From assembly GCA_947258515.1 (NCBI GenBank), contig CAMYIO010000012.1, positions 2,020 to 66,019 on the forward strand: a DNA stretch of 64,000 nt, read 5' to 3'. The notes under the pieces are model-generated. The model saw only the letters and a list, made by a program, of their open reading frames with translations. It was not told where the DNA came from and did no database searches. Below, piece by piece: positions 1-10,882 of the stretch (position 1 is the stretch's first letter; every line of letters starts with the position of its first letter). This DNA comes from an uncultured Ectothiorhodospiraceae bacterium. GTDB lineage: Bacteria; Pseudomonadota; Gammaproteobacteria; UBA9214. Made by a program: the position numbers and the translations under genes.

Positions 1-1
1 C

Positions 2-376
2 AAACACGGGCCATCCTTCCTGCAGCGCTACCTGCCCTTCTGGACCGCCAACCTGCTTGACCGCATGAAGGTCATGCTGATCCCGCTACTGACGCTGCTG
101 ATACCGCTGATCAAGATCATGCCGCCCACCTACCGCTGGCAGGCACGCAAGAAGGTCTATCGCTGGTACCGGGAACTGAAGGTCCTCGATTATGAACACC
201 CGGACCAACTGCCGACGGACGCGCTGCTGACCACGATTAGCAAGCTAGATGATATGCAGGAGGAGGCCCGTAAGGTCACCATCCCCCTGTCCTACTCGGA
301 CGAACTTTACAACCTGCGCCTGCACATCGACCTGGTACGCCGCAAGCTGAAGAAAGGACTGGCTGACAGGGTATAA
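2..376 (+). CDS. TAXI-family TRAP solute receptor, C-terminal part (5'-partial)
   Basis: Frame open from the window edge: GPSFLQRYLPFW..LLIPLIKIMPPTYRW..YRWYREL..ELYNLRLHIDLVR, the typical membrane-anchored C-terminal extension of TAXI proteins. Confidence 0.7.
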   Translation, partial: KHGPSFLQRYLPFWTANLLDRMKVMLIPLLTLLIPLIKIMPPTYRWQARKKVYRWYRELKVLDYEHPDQLPTDALLTTISKLDDMQEEARKVTIPLSYSDELYNLRLHIDLVRRKLKKGLADRV

Positions 377-477
377 GCTATAAATATTTTAGTGAACTCC
401 CGGACTGACTGCGGGAATTGGCTGCGCACCCTGCAAGATTAGCGGATATTCCAGCGCCCAAAGCGGGTGGCTTCCGG

Positions 478-864
478 TTACGGCTTCCTGCCCAGTAGCT
501 CGATTTGATAACCATCGGGATCTTCGATGAAGGCGATAATGGTGGTACCCGCATTCATCGGGCCCGCCTCTCGTACAATCCTGCCGCCGCGGTGCTTCAC
601 TTCTGCCGTCGCCATGTAGACGTCATCGACCTCTATCGCGATGTGGCCGTAACCTTCGCCCGGATCGTAGTGATCCGTGCCCCAGTTATGCGTGAGTTCG
701 ATGACGGTATGCTCCGCCTCATCACCGTAACCGACGAAGGCCAGGGTAAACTCGCCTTCCGGGTATTCCTTGCTGCGCAGCAGTTTCATGCCCAGGACAT
801 GGGTATAGAACTTGATAGACCTGTCGAGGTCACCGACGCGCAGCATGGTATGGAGTAGTCGCAT
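478..864 (-). CDS. gloA: Lactoylglutathione lyase (glyoxalase I)
   Basis: [26 protein letters not shown] and DPDGYQIEL motifs. Confidence 0.96.
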   Translation of the reverse strand: MRLLHTMLRVGDLDRSIKFYTHVLGMKLLRSKEYPEGEFTLAFVGYGDEAEHTVIELTHNWGTDHYDPGEGYGHIAIEVDDVYMATAEVKHRGGRIVREAGPMNAGTTIIAFIEDPDGYQIELLGRKP

Positions 865-971
865 GATAGTCGTCCCTTTTTAGTTACAAGAGAAAGAAAC
901 CGTAGTTACCCCGCTCCCCGGCCCCTTTATACCCCGAGGGGGCTCCCGGAGGAAGGGCAGACCCGCGGAAA

Positions 972-2201
972 TTATTTTTTCCTGCGGTCCGTTGTTTTCT
1001 GGCGAGCGGCAACACGCATGCGCAGGGCATTGAGTTTAATAAAACCTTCTGCATCCTTCTGGTTATAGGCACCTTCGTCATCCTCGAAGGTCGCAATGCG
1101 CTCATCAAACAGGCTGTCTGAATCGGACTTTCTGCCCACCACGATGACATTGCCCTTGTAGAGTTTCAGGCGCACCGTGCCATTGACGTGTTCCTGCGAG
1201 GCATCGATCAGTTGCTGCAGCATGCGCCGCTCCGGGCTCCACCAGTAACCGTTGTAAATCAGGGTCGCATAGCGCGGCATGAGTTCATCTTTCAGATGTG
1301 CGGCCTCACGGTCCAGCGTCAGGGATTCCATGGCACGATGTGCCTTCAGCAGGATAGTGCCTGCGGGCGTTTCGTAACAACCACGCGACTTCATGCCGAC
1401 GTAGCGGTTCTCGACAATGTCGGAACGTCCGATACCGTTCTCGCCACCGATCCTGTTGAGCGTTTCCATGATCTGGCCGGGGCTGTGCGACTTGCCGTCG
1501 ATCGCCACCGCATCACCCTGCTCAAAGGTCAGTTCAATACAGGTGGGCGTATCCGGTGCATTTTCCGGCGATACCGTCCACAACCACATCGCCTCTTCCG
1601 GCTCTGCCCAGGGGTCTTCAAGCACATCTCCTTCATAGGAAATGTGCAACGAATTGGCGTCCATGGAATACGGCGACTTGTTGCCCTTCATTTTATCAAC
1701 CGGGATGCCGTGCTTGTCAGCATAGGCCATCAGGGTCTCGCGTGAAGTCAGGTCCCATTCGCGCCAGGGAGCAATCACCTTGATATCCGGGTTCAGAGCA
1801 TAGGCGCCCAGTTCGAAGCGCACCTGGTCATTGCCCTTGCCGGTCGCACCGTGCGCGATGGCATCCGCCCCGGTCTCTTTGGCGATCTCGACCAGGCGTT
1901 TGGCAATCAGGGGACGGGCAATCGAGGTACCCAGCAGGTATTCGCCTTCGTAGATGGCATTGGCGCGAAACATGGGGAACACGAAGTCACGGGCAAATTC
2001 CTCTTTCAGTGACTCGATATAGACTTCCTTGACACCCATGGCATAGGCCTTTTCACGCGCCGGTTCGATTTCCTCTCCCTGGCCAACATCCGCGGTGAAG
2101 GTGACGACCTCGCAGTTGTAGACTTCCTCGAGCCACTTGAGAATGATGGAGGTATCGAGTCCTCCGGAATAGGCCAATACGACTTTCCTGATCTCTGACA
2201 T
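972..2201 (-). CDS. argG: Argininosuccinate synthase
   Basis: [24 protein letters not shown] and [16 protein letters not shown] motifs. Confidence 0.98.
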   Translation of the reverse strand: MSEIRKVVLAYSGGLDTSIILKWLEEVYNCEVVTFTADVGQGEEIEPAREKAYAMGVKEVYIESLKEEFARDFVFPMFRANAIYEGEYLLGTSIARPLIAKRLVEIAKETGADAIAHGATGKGNDQVRFELGAYALNPDIKVIAPWREWDLTSRETLMAYADKHGIPVDKMKGNKSPYSMDANSLHISYEGDVLEDPWAEPEEAMWLWTVSPENAPDTPTCIELTFEQGDAVAIDGKSHSPGQIMETLNRIGGENGIGRSDIVENRYVGMKSRGCYETPAGTILLKAHRAMESLTLDREAAHLKDELMPRYATLIYNGYWWSPERRMLQQLIDASQEHVNGTVRLKLYKGNVIVVGRKSDSDSLFDERIATFEDDEGAYNQKDAEGFIKLNALRMRVAARQKTTDRRKK

Positions 2202-2203
2202 AG

Positions 2204-4814
2204 TTACGCCCTGGTAGTTTTTCTGCTGCGCCGCAAGCGTGACAGCAAGCGCCGCGCCATATCGCCAAACAGTTCCGTCTGGGTCGGATGCGGATGGATG
2301 GCCCCGGCGACCTGTTCCAGCGTCATGTTACCCGACACCATCATCACGGCCTCACCGATAAGCGTGTCCGCATGATCCGCAAGAAAATGCACGCCGACAA
2401 TGCGGTGCGTTGCCTTGTCTGCAACGATCTTGATCATGCCGTGGGTCTCGTTATTGATCATGGCCTTGGCATCGATGCTCATGGGCACCTTCACCTCGAC
2501 CGCATCCATGCCGTTCGCTTTGGCCTGTTCAACCGACACACCGACAAACGCCGCCTGTGGACGGGAAAAGATGACGCCGCAATCCTTGTCCTGATCATAG
2601 CGCATGTTTTCGCCAAGAATGGTCGCTGCCGTCACCCGCCCCTGCTGGCCGGCGGTGTGTGCCAGCATCAAACCACCGATGACGTCGCCAACGGCAAAGA
2701 TGTGCGGCACGCTGCTACGGCAACGGCTGTCCACGGCAATCACGCTGCGCTCGTGGGCAACGCCGGCAGACTCAAGATTCAGGCCGTCCAGCACCGGTCG
2801 CTTGCCCGTGGCCATGATGACGTAATCCACGGTGAGGTTGCGTTTCTTGCCCTCGCTGTCGGTGTAGGCCAGTTTCATGCTCCCCGGCACACCGCTGATC
2901 TTACTGACCGCCGCCGCGGTGTGAACATCCAGCCGCGGTTCGTCCGCCAGGATAGTCGACAACGTTTTTGCAATTTCGGGCTCGACCTCGGCCAGGATAC
3001 GGTCCTGTGCTTCCAGCAGTGTGACCTTGCTGCCGAAGTCCTGAAAGATCTGCGCCATTTCCACGCCTATGGCACCCGCGCCGACCACGGCCAGCTTCTT
3101 CGGCGGTGCGCTCAGCGCCCACACCGTGTCGGAGGTCAGCACGCCGCCGTTCTCAAGCCCCTCGGCCGCACCGGGAATCGGCGGAATGAAGGGGGGGGCA
3201 CCAGTGGCCACCACGGCACAACCGAAGGTCAGTGTTTTCTGTGCACTACCCACCGGTATTGCAGCACGGCTGTGCGGATCGTCCTGGTTGGTAGAGGTAT
3301 GTACCGCCAGTGTGTGCGCATCGATAAACTGGCCAAAGCCCTGCAGGTAGTCAATACGCACGCCCTTGTCCGTCTTCAATGCCATTTCGCCACGGGTTTC
3401 CAGTACCTGTCGACGGTGTGCCTCGAGGTCTTTCCATACCAGTCTGGCCTTGTGGGTACCGGTGACACCGAGGTGTGCGTCTTGCGCCCGGTCGCGTATG
3501 CGATCAGCGGCGGCGCGCCACGCCTTGGAGGGAATACAGCCCCGCCACAGGCATTCGCCGCCGGGAAACGGTGAATCATTGATCAGCGCAACCTTCAGCT
3601 TGTGCGCCACCAGGTCGCGGGCACAGTCCTCACCACCCGGGCCACCGCCAATGACGACCACATCGTAATCCCAGTCGCCCTCGGGGATCGCCGGCCCACC
3701 CGGCCCCATCCAGTCGGCGGGACGTTCCAGCAGTGACTTCAGTGTGCGCAGGAACAGCGCCACATCCGCGCCATTGACGACGCGATGGTCCGCGGTAATG
3801 GTGAAGGCGCTGCCTTTTTCGGTATTCGAGGAAATCGCCAGTATCGCCGCCAGCCCGGGGGTCGCGATGGCATCGAAGTAACTGACATCGAACATGCCCA
3901 TGTTGGAGATCTGAAAACTGGCGCCGCTGAATTCTTCCGGATTCAGGTGACGGGTGCGCGCACGTGCCACCAGGTCTTTCCAGTCAGTGTTCAGTTCGGA
4001 CAACTCGCGCGACTCGCAGGCACGCAATATCGGCACCACCAGCCCGCCGTCGTCGGCGGCCACGGCCATACCGATATCGGCCTGGCTGCGTTCAATCAAC
4101 TTGTCATCCGGCTGGTAACACCAGTTCATTTTCGGATGTTGCAGCATGGCCAGGCCACAGGCCTTGGCGATCGCCACGGTCACCGAGACGCCGGCCGACT
4201 TGGCCGCGCTCATCAGATACTCAAGATGAATGTGGCTCGTGACGCGGAAGGTCGGCATGGAGATGGACGAGGCCATGGCCCTGGAGATGGCCTTCTCCAT
4301 CGATTTCATCGCTCTGCCATCACCGGCGACCGCGACTTCGAAGGGTGCGGGTGCGCGTTGAATATCACTCGCGGTAACCACACCGCCCGGTCCGGAGCCG
4401 CTGATGCGATCGATATCGGTACCCTGCTGTGCCGCCAGCTTGCGTGCCAGTGGCGATGCCTTGCTGCCCTGCGGACGCGGCGTCGGAGCGACACCCGGTG
4501 CGCCCGATGGCGTTGCCCTGGCTGTCGCGGCCGGCGCAGCTGCCAGCGGTGCAGCACCGGCTGCGGGCGCGGCTGTTACCCCGGACTGGCTGTCAACGAC
4601 ATCATCCCTGGAATCCACCAGGTAGCCAATCGGGTGTGTGACCGCCACCACCGAGTCAACCGCTGCGATCCATGACGGCCTTGTCGGTTTCCACCGTGGC
4701 GACAATATCGCCACGCTTGATTTCATCGCCGATATTCTTTTCCCAACTGACCACGACACCTTCGGTCATGGTGTCGGACAGTTGCGGCATTTTTATTACG
4801 TAGGGTTCAGACAT
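2204..4814 (-). CDS. Fused dihydrolipoamide acetyltransferase (E2) / dihydrolipoamide dehydrogenase (E3); frameshifted in the lipoyl domain near 4668
   Basis: ATG at 4814 reads [28 protein letters not shown] (lipoyl domain), then shifts frame into the long ORF: E3-binding [10 protein letters not shown]2 catalytic DHRVVNG, then GGGPGG, CLWRGC disulfide, GAGAIG and HPHPTQTE of E3. Confidence 0.88.
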
Positions 4815-4889
4815 TCAGTAATTGTCCAGTTAGTGGGCAAGCAAACTCTTTATGCTCATATTCGAATGACGCTTACTCCTGAGAGACTT

Positions 4890-4970
4890 GCCACGGAAGC
4901 ACACGGAAAAACACGGAAATATTTCTGTAATACAATTTATTCTTGTGTGTTTTCCGTGTGCTTCCGTGGC
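4890..4970. repeat. Inverted repeat built from CACGGAA units
   Basis: GCCACGGAAGCACACGGAAAA (4890-4910) is the exact reverse complement of 4950-4970; AT-rich spacer. Confidence 0.85.
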
Positions 4971-5017
4971 CATTTGAATATTTTATAAAGAGGTCACTCA
5001 AGCAAGCATCATTATTT

Positions 5018-5998
5018 TCACACACCAAAAATTCCGCGTACGGCTGCAACCACGTCACCGGGGTTCGGCAGGGCCGCCTTTTCCAGGGCATGGTTGTAGG
5101 GAATCGGCACGTTCAGCGCGGACACGCGCAGCGGCGCGGCATCCAGTTCGAAGAAACATTCTTCATTGATGATTGCCATCACCTCGGCGCCGACACCGAC
5201 GGCCGGCTCCGCTTCCTCGACAATCACCGCACGATGGGTCTTGCTGACCGAGTTGCGAATCCCGGCACGATCCAGCGGACTGAGCGCATACAGGTCGATC
5301 ACCTCTGCCTCGATGCCATGATGCTTCGATAACTGTTCTGCCGCCTGCAGGCACCAGTGCACGGAGATGTTATAGCCGAACAGGGTAACGTCGCGGCCCT
5401 CGCGGGCAATCTCGGAGCCTTCCAGGGGATGAAAGTATTCTTCCCCGGGGACCTCGCCCTTCATGTTGTACATCAGCTCGTGTTCGTTGATAAACACGGG
5501 ATCGTTGCAACGCACCGCGGATTTCAACAGGCCATAGGCCTGGCGCGGACTGGACGGCGTCACGACACGCAGGCCGGCGACACCCATAAAGACTTTCTCC
5601 ATGCGCGCGGAGTGCTGCGAGCCCAACTGGTGGGCGGTGCCGCCCGGGGAACGAATCACCACCGGCGCCGTCAGCTGACCACCGGACATGTAACGTACCT
5701 TGGCGGCGGTATTGAAGATCTGGTCCATGGCGAGCCAGGCAAAGTTCACAGACATGATCTCGATAATCGGGCGCACGCCGAGGAAGGAGGCACCGATACC
5801 GAGGCCGGTATAACCATTCTCCGATATCGGTGTATCGATGACGCGCGCCTCGCCGTACTTGTCGTAGAGGCCCGAGGTCGCCTTGTAGGTTCCGCCGACG
5901 ACACCGATGTCCTCACCCATGCAAATCACCATCGGGTCATTCGCCATCTCTTCATCGTGGGCGCGCATGATCGCCTCCCAGTACATGATCTCGGCCAT
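5018..5998 (-). CDS. pdhB: Pyruvate dehydrogenase E1 beta subunit
   Basis: GEDIG, DTPISE and QHS motifs; follows E1 alpha and precedes E2::E3. Confidence 0.92.
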   Translation of the reverse strand: MAEIMYWEAIMRAHDEEMANDPMVICMGEDIGVVGGTYKATSGLYDKYGEARVIDTPISENGYTGLGIGASFLGVRPIIEIMSVNFAWLAMDQIFNTAAKVRYMSGGQLTAPVVIRSPGGTAHQLGSQHSARMEKVFMGVAGLRVVTPSSPRQAYGLLKSAVRCNDPVFINEHELMYNMKGEVPGEEYFHPLEGSEIAREGRDVTLFGYNISVHWCLQAAEQLSKHHGIEAEVIDLYALSPLDRAGIRNSVSKTHRAVIVEEAEPAVGVGAEVMAIINEECFFELDAAPLRVSALNVPIPYNHALEKAALPNPGDVVAAVRGIFGV

Positions 5999-6990
5999 TA
6001 CTGCACCCCGCCCCTGACCCAGGGGTCATTCTCGGCAAGGACGTATTTCTCCACGTCCGCTACCTTTGGTTCGGGTGATTCCGTCGCAAAGCGAATCACC
6101 TCATCCTCGATCTCGTCGAGCACGGCTGTATCCATATCGGTGTATTCGTCCAGTGTCAGTACACCCGCATCGATGAGGCGATCACGCAACATGATGACCG
6201 GATCACGGCCACTCCACATGCGTTCTTCCTTCTTCGCCCGGTAGGCATTGGAGTCCGACATCGAATGCCCGCGATAGCGGTAGGTCATGAGTTCAAGAAA
6301 GTATGGCCCCTTGCCGGAACGGACATGTTCGACGGCCTTCGTCGCCGCCTTGTGCACCAGATCAAAGTCCTGCCCGTCTTCCTGGGCCGACGGGATGTTA
6401 TAGGCAGACACGCGCTGGTACTGGTCGAGCACGGCCGTGGAGCGGTCGATGCGGGTACCGATGCCGTAGAGGTTGTTTTCACAGACGTACAGCACCGGCA
6501 GATTCCACAGCGCGGCCATGTTGAGTGACTCGTGAAAGGTACCCTGGTTGTTGGCGGCATCACCGAGAAAACAGATACAGATTTCATTACCGCCCTGCAT
6601 CTGGATACCCTTGGCAATGCCGGCGGCAAGCGGGAACGGCCCGCCGACCAGTGCGTAGCCACCCATGAAGCGGTGCGCCACATCGAATATGTGCATGGAA
6701 CCGCCGCGGCCCTTGCTGACGCCGGTCTCCCTGGCAAACAGCTCGGCCATGATATGACGCGGGTCGGAACCTGCCTTGATGGCATGCACATGGTCACGGT
6801 AACTGGTGATCACGTAGTCATGGCCCGGCTGTGCCGCTTCCAGCACACCGAAGGCACAGGCCTCTTCACCGGGATAGAGGTGCAGGAAGCCGCCAATGTT
6901 GCGTTCCACGTACGCCTCGTAGCAGCGTTCTTCAAAGCGGCGCGCGAACAGCATCTCGCGCAACACGCGTTTTTTGTCAGTGTTTTTCAT
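5998..6990 (-). CDS. pdhA: Pyruvate dehydrogenase E1 alpha subunit
   Basis: GFLHLY, GRGGSMH, GDAA..NN TPP motif, TYRYRGHSMSD. Confidence 0.94.
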   Translation of the reverse strand: MKNTDKKRVLREMLFARRFEERCYEAYVERNIGGFLHLYPGEEACAFGVLEAAQPGHDYVITSYRDHVHAIKAGSDPRHIMAELFARETGVSKGRGGSMHIFDVAHRFMGGYALVGGPFPLAAGIAKGIQMQGGNEICICFLGDAANNQGTFHESLNMAALWNLPVLYVCENNLYGIGTRIDRSTAVLDQYQRVSAYNIPSAQEDGQDFDLVHKAATKAVEHVRSGKGPYFLELMTYRYRGHSMSDSNAYRAKKEERMWSGRDPVIMLRDRLIDAGVLTLDEYTDMDTAVLDEIEDEVIRFATESPEPKVADVEKYVLAENDPWVRGGVQ

Positions 6991-7071
6991 AGTTTAGAGA
7001 AACAGCGGTATCCGAATTACAGCAAGCGCGATATGATCAGCGTTTTGCGTTAACAGGTCAAGGCAAAAAGC

Positions 7072-8604
7072 ATGCAGATACCCTATGATCACAGTGAAAA
7101 AGTCAAGTTAAATCAACACACAACCCGCCCCGGGAACAGGCAGCTGGATGCCAGCCGGGTCGCCCTGGTGATAATCCCGGAACAGCCGGGCAAGGCCGTC
7201 TGGGAACAAATAGCCTGCGCCGACACCCTGAAATCACGCTACCTGCGGCACACGCGCCAACACAAGGACGACAAGCGTCTGGGCACCGACCTGCCGAACA
7301 GGAACGGCACGCATGTGATCCTGCAAACCCTGGATGTTAACGCCAGTACCTTTGAGTTGCTGACCACGGCCCGTGAACTGGCGGCAGCGATCCATCGCAT
7401 TGATCCACCGTCAGTGCTGCTGCAACTGGCAGGCTTTGACCAGGCAACGGGGGCCCGCCTGCTGGAAACGCTGATAGCCGCACTGCTGGCATCAACGTGC
7501 CCGATGCCGAGTTATAAAACCGACAAACAGGCTGCGGTCACGCTGCGGCGTATCGATGTCTATGGCCTGGCAGAAAAGGTCGACCTTGCACAGGTCAGCG
7601 CCGAGATTACCGGCAACCACCTGGCACGCTGGCTGGCGGCGTTGCCGGCGAATGAACTCACGCCCGGCCGTTACCGGCAGTTTGTCAGCAAGCTGGCAAC
7701 CGCCGAAGGCTGGAAAATGGACTTCCTCGATACGCGTGCACTGGCACGCAAAAAGGCGGGAGCCTTTCTGGCCGTTTGCCAGGGCAGCCCGACCCGTGAC
7801 GCCGGTATCGTTCACCTCACCTATAAACCGAAAAAACGTGGCCCGGCGAAAGACAACACCCGCAAGCTGGCACTGGTCGGCAAGGGCATTTGCTTCGACA
7901 CCGGCGGTGTCAATTTAAAACCGGCGAAGTACATGAACGGCATGCACGAAGACATGCAGGGCAGCGCCGTGGCCCTGGGGACGCTACTGGCATTGAGCCG
8001 GCTACGGGTCGATTACCGCATTGACTGCTGGCTGGCACTCGCCGAGAACCACGTCGGCAACAAGGCCTACAAACCCAACGATGTCGTGATTGCCAGCAAT
8101 GGCACCAGCATCGAGGTCAAACATACCGACGCCGAGGGCCGCATGGTACTGGCCGACACACTGGCGCTGGCCAGCAAGACCAAACCCTATTTGCTGATCG
8201 ACTATGCGACGCTGACCGGCGCCTGCATCTATTCACTGTCCTCGCGCTACAGCGGCGTATTCAGCAACCGGCAAACCTTAAATGACACCTTGACCACGGC
8301 CGGGCGTGACAGCGGCGAACGGGTGTGGCCCTTCCCGCTGGACAAGGATTTTGATGAATCCCTGAAGTCGACCATTGCCGACACCCTGCAATGCACGCTG
8401 GAGGGCGATGCCGACCACATACTGGCCGCGCGCTTTCTGCAGCGCTTTATCAATGAGGACATTAACTGGGTGCACGTTGACCTGGCCGCCAGCAATCACA
8501 AGGGCGGGCTGGCCCATATCCCGACCGATACAACCGGCTTCGGGGTACGCTACACACTGAACCTTTTGCAGCAACAATCGGTGCTGGAACATACATGGAA
8601 CTGA
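7072..8604 (+). CDS. M17 leucyl aminopeptidase family protein
   Basis: GKGICFDTGG, DMQG and TDAEGR metal-binding motifs. Confidence 0.92.
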   Translation: MQIPYDHSEKVKLNQHTTRPGNRQLDASRVALVIIPEQPGKAVWEQIACADTLKSRYLRHTRQHKDDKRLGTDLPNRNGTHVILQTLDVNASTFELLTTARELAAAIHRIDPPSVLLQLAGFDQATGARLLETLIAALLASTCPMPSYKTDKQAAVTLRRIDVYGLAEKVDLAQVSAEITGNHLARWLAALPANELTPGRYRQFVSKLATAEGWKMDFLDTRALARKKAGAFLAVCQGSPTRDAGIVHLTYKPKKRGPAKDNTRKLALVGKGICFDTGGVNLKPAKYMNGMHEDMQGSAVALGTLLALSRLRVDYRIDCWLALAENHVGNKAYKPNDVVIASNGTSIEVKHTDAEGRMVLADTLALASKTKPYLLIDYATLTGACIYSLSSRYSGVFSNRQTLNDTLTTAGRDSGERVWPFPLDKDFDESLKSTIADTLQCTLEGDADHILAARFLQRFINEDINWVHVDLAASNHKGGLAHIPTDTTGFGVRYTLNLLQQQSVLEHTWN

Positions 8605-9632
8605 CCCTGACACGACCGGATGACTGGCACCTGCATGTGCGTGATGGCGCCGCACTGGCAGCGGTGCTGCCGCACACTGCCGGCCAGTTTGGACGCGCAA
8701 TCATCATGCCGAACCTGCAACCGGCAGTCACCACGACCGAACAGGCCCGCGCCTACCGCAAGCGCATCCTCTCGGCCATACCGGTCGATGCCGACTTCAG
8801 TCCCCTGATGACCCTGTACCTGACCGACAACACCACGCCGGACGACATTATCGAGGCGCATGCCAGCCAGCTGGTAACCGCGGTAAAACTCTATCCGGCC
8901 GGCGCCACCACGCATTCCGCTGCCGGCGTCACCGAAATCAGCAATACCTATGCGGTGCTGGAAGTCATGGAGAAACTTGGCATGCCGCTGCTGGTCCATG
9001 CGGAAGTGACCGACGCGGGCGTTGATGTCTTTGATCGCGAGCAGGCCTTCATCGGCCGCTACCTGGAACCGCTAACCGTGCGCTACCCGGCGCTCAAGGT
9101 GGTGCTGGAACATGTGACCACGCGCGACGGCGTGGATTTTGTAGCCAATGCCGCCGACAGCGTTGCCGCCACCATTACCGCGCATCACCTGCTGTTGAAC
9201 CGTAACGCCATGTTCAGGGGCGGCCTGCAGCCACACGCCTACTGCCTGCCGGTACTGAAACGGGAACGACACCGCACGGCACTGGTCGAAGCCGCCATCA
9301 GCGGCAGCCGCAAGTTTTTCCTTGGCACTGACAGTGCGCCACACGCAAAAGAGCGCAAGGAAACCGCCTGTGGCTGTGCCGGCATCTACACGGCACACGC
9401 CGCAATGGAACTCTATGCACAGGCATTTGAGGACGCTGGTGCACTCGACAAGCTGGAAGATTTCGCCAGTCATTTCGGCGCGGATTTCTACGGCCTGCCA
9501 CGCAACACGACGAGCATCACCCTGGAAAAACACGACTGGCAGGTACCGGACAGCTACCCGCTGGGCGATTCGTCAGTGGTGCCGATGTTTGCCGGTGAGA
9601 CATTGCACTGGCGGATAAAAGAACAGGTCTGA
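8595..9632 (+). CDS. pyrC: Dihydroorotase
   Basis: PDDWHLHVRDG, KLYPAGATT, FLGTDSAPH. Confidence 0.97.
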   Translation: MELTLTRPDDWHLHVRDGAALAAVLPHTAGQFGRAIIMPNLQPAVTTTEQARAYRKRILSAIPVDADFSPLMTLYLTDNTTPDDIIEAHASQLVTAVKLYPAGATTHSAAGVTEISNTYAVLEVMEKLGMPLLVHAEVTDAGVDVFDREQAFIGRYLEPLTVRYPALKVVLEHVTTRDGVDFVANAADSVAATITAHHLLLNRNAMFRGGLQPHAYCLPVLKRERHRTALVEAAISGSRKFFLGTDSAPHAKERKETACGCAGIYTAHAAMELYAQAFEDAGALDKLEDFASHFGADFYGLPRNTTSITLEKHDWQVPDSYPLGDSSVVPMFAGETLHWRIKEQV

Positions 9633-9659
9633 AATTATCACGGCTGCTCCCTGCCCGAA

Positions 9660-9837
9660 TCGCGCATGCGATGCGCTCCTACAATAATCGATACATCTGC
9701 GGGAGGTGAGGGGCGTGAGCAGGACGCGCAAGCTTCTCGCCGCGATAGACGCCGTACGATGGCTCTTCCCGATTCGCGCCGGGGACGGCGCTCCTACAGG
9801 TGCATCTATCATTGTAGGAGCGCCGTCCCCGGCGCGA
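9660..9837. repeat. Cluster of GTAG-type REP palindromes
   Basis: TGTAGGAGCG-palindrome-CGCGA units at 9660-9683 (-), 9774-9798 (-) and 9813-9837 (+) between convergent genes. Confidence 0.85.
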
Positions 9838-9845
9838 TTGTCCGG

Positions 9846-10748
9846 TTAATAGACTCGCGTGATGGTATAACCCTGCTGCTGCAGACGTTCCAGCAGACCG
9901 GTCTTGCCTGGCAAGTGCAGGGCACCGACCGCCACGAAGGCCTTGCCCTGCCGCAGATACGGTTGTACCCGCTCGGCCATGTGCTGATTGCGATCATCAA
10001 CGAGACGCCGCTGGAAGTCGTCGGCAAGCCGCTGGTCACCTGCCTGCATCGAGGCTTCACTGATCGCCAGCAAACGGCCCAGGTCACGTTGCTTGTAAGC
10101 GGCCAGCAACTCTGCCTGCATGCTATCCAGCACCTCGAGATTCTCAACCGCATCCCTCAGCAGGGTAACCTGGTCGGCCTCGGGCATGCTGTCAAACAGC
10201 TGCAGCTGCTCCTGCATGGTTTCCAGTCCGTATACCGCCTTACCCTGCTGCACAGCATCCTGGTACAGCACCCGATCCAGTACCTCGCCCGTTTCAAGCG
10301 CCGGCGTCGACAGGGTGACCGCCACCGCCCACGGCTTCATGCGGTTCAGCACCAGCTCGGGTATACCGCGTGATGCAATCGCCGCGGATACCTGTGCGTA
10401 CAGTGGCGCACCGATAATATCCGCCAGGGTACGACCATCCAGCATCAGCATGGCGCTACTTGAATACTTCATGGCATCTGCATCCATCAGTATTTCCAGC
10501 ACGACACTGTTCGAAGCATCGAATGCCTGCCTGACCGGTGCCGGCAGATTCAGCACGCCGGGGTCTTCCGAATGGATAGTACCCAACAGCCAGGACGATG
10601 GCTGACCTGGCTTGCCGATCTCCCATAACAGGCCATGACTTTTATCAGTGTCAGCCCGGGTAATGGTCGCCAGCAAAAGCAGCAGCATCACGGCCAGCCA
10701 TCGCGCCGCATCGAATGGACGCTTCGTCACTGCAATCTGGTTAGGCAT
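9846..10748 (-). CDS. TraB/GumN (TIKI) family protein, secreted
   Basis: Signal peptide; LLWEI..LLGTIH, GLET, RN and VAVGALHL motifs. Confidence 0.9.
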   Translation of the reverse strand: MPNQIAVTKRPFDAARWLAVMLLLLLATITRADTDKSHGLLWEIGKPGQPSSWLLGTIHSEDPGVLNLPAPVRQAFDASNSVVLEILMDADAMKYSSSAMLMLDGRTLADIIGAPLYAQVSAAIASRGIPELVLNRMKPWAVAVTLSTPALETGEVLDRVLYQDAVQQGKAVYGLETMQEQLQLFDSMPEADQVTLLRDAVENLEVLDSMQAELLAAYKQRDLGRLLAISEASMQAGDQRLADDFQRRLVDDRNQHMAERVQPYLRQGKAFVAVGALHLPGKTGLLERLQQQGYTITRVY

Positions 10749-10882
10749 ATTCCGGACTCCCGCTGTCAGTTTGTTGTCTCTGGTAGAAACAGGCCGTTGC
10801 AGACCGCCACACCGGAACCGCCTGTACAGACTTCACATTATGCAGCATCGCCAAACCCGGGGCGATTCGGTATGCTTGATCG

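Noticed and set aside
905-965. GC-rich tract between argG and gloA as a riboswitch
   Set aside because: No recognisable aptamer; looks like a degenerate palindromic repeat and is too weak to call
2288-3574. 428-aa plus-strand ORF and many similar long antisense ORFs (e.g. 14403-15545, 31068-32138, 42940-43896)
   Set aside because: Shadow frames of well-supported genes in GC-rich DNA; no motifs or ribosome binding sites
4890-4970. Possible mini-CRISPR from repeated CACGGAA
   Set aside because: Units are short, contiguous and inverted, with no unique spacers and no cas genes
9666-10373. 235-aa ORF crossing the REP cluster
   Set aside because: Made of REP sequence plus the antisense strand of the TraB/GumN gene
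9846-10748. TraB name implying conjugation
   Set aside because: TraB/GumN is a TIKI-type protease family; no transfer genes are present
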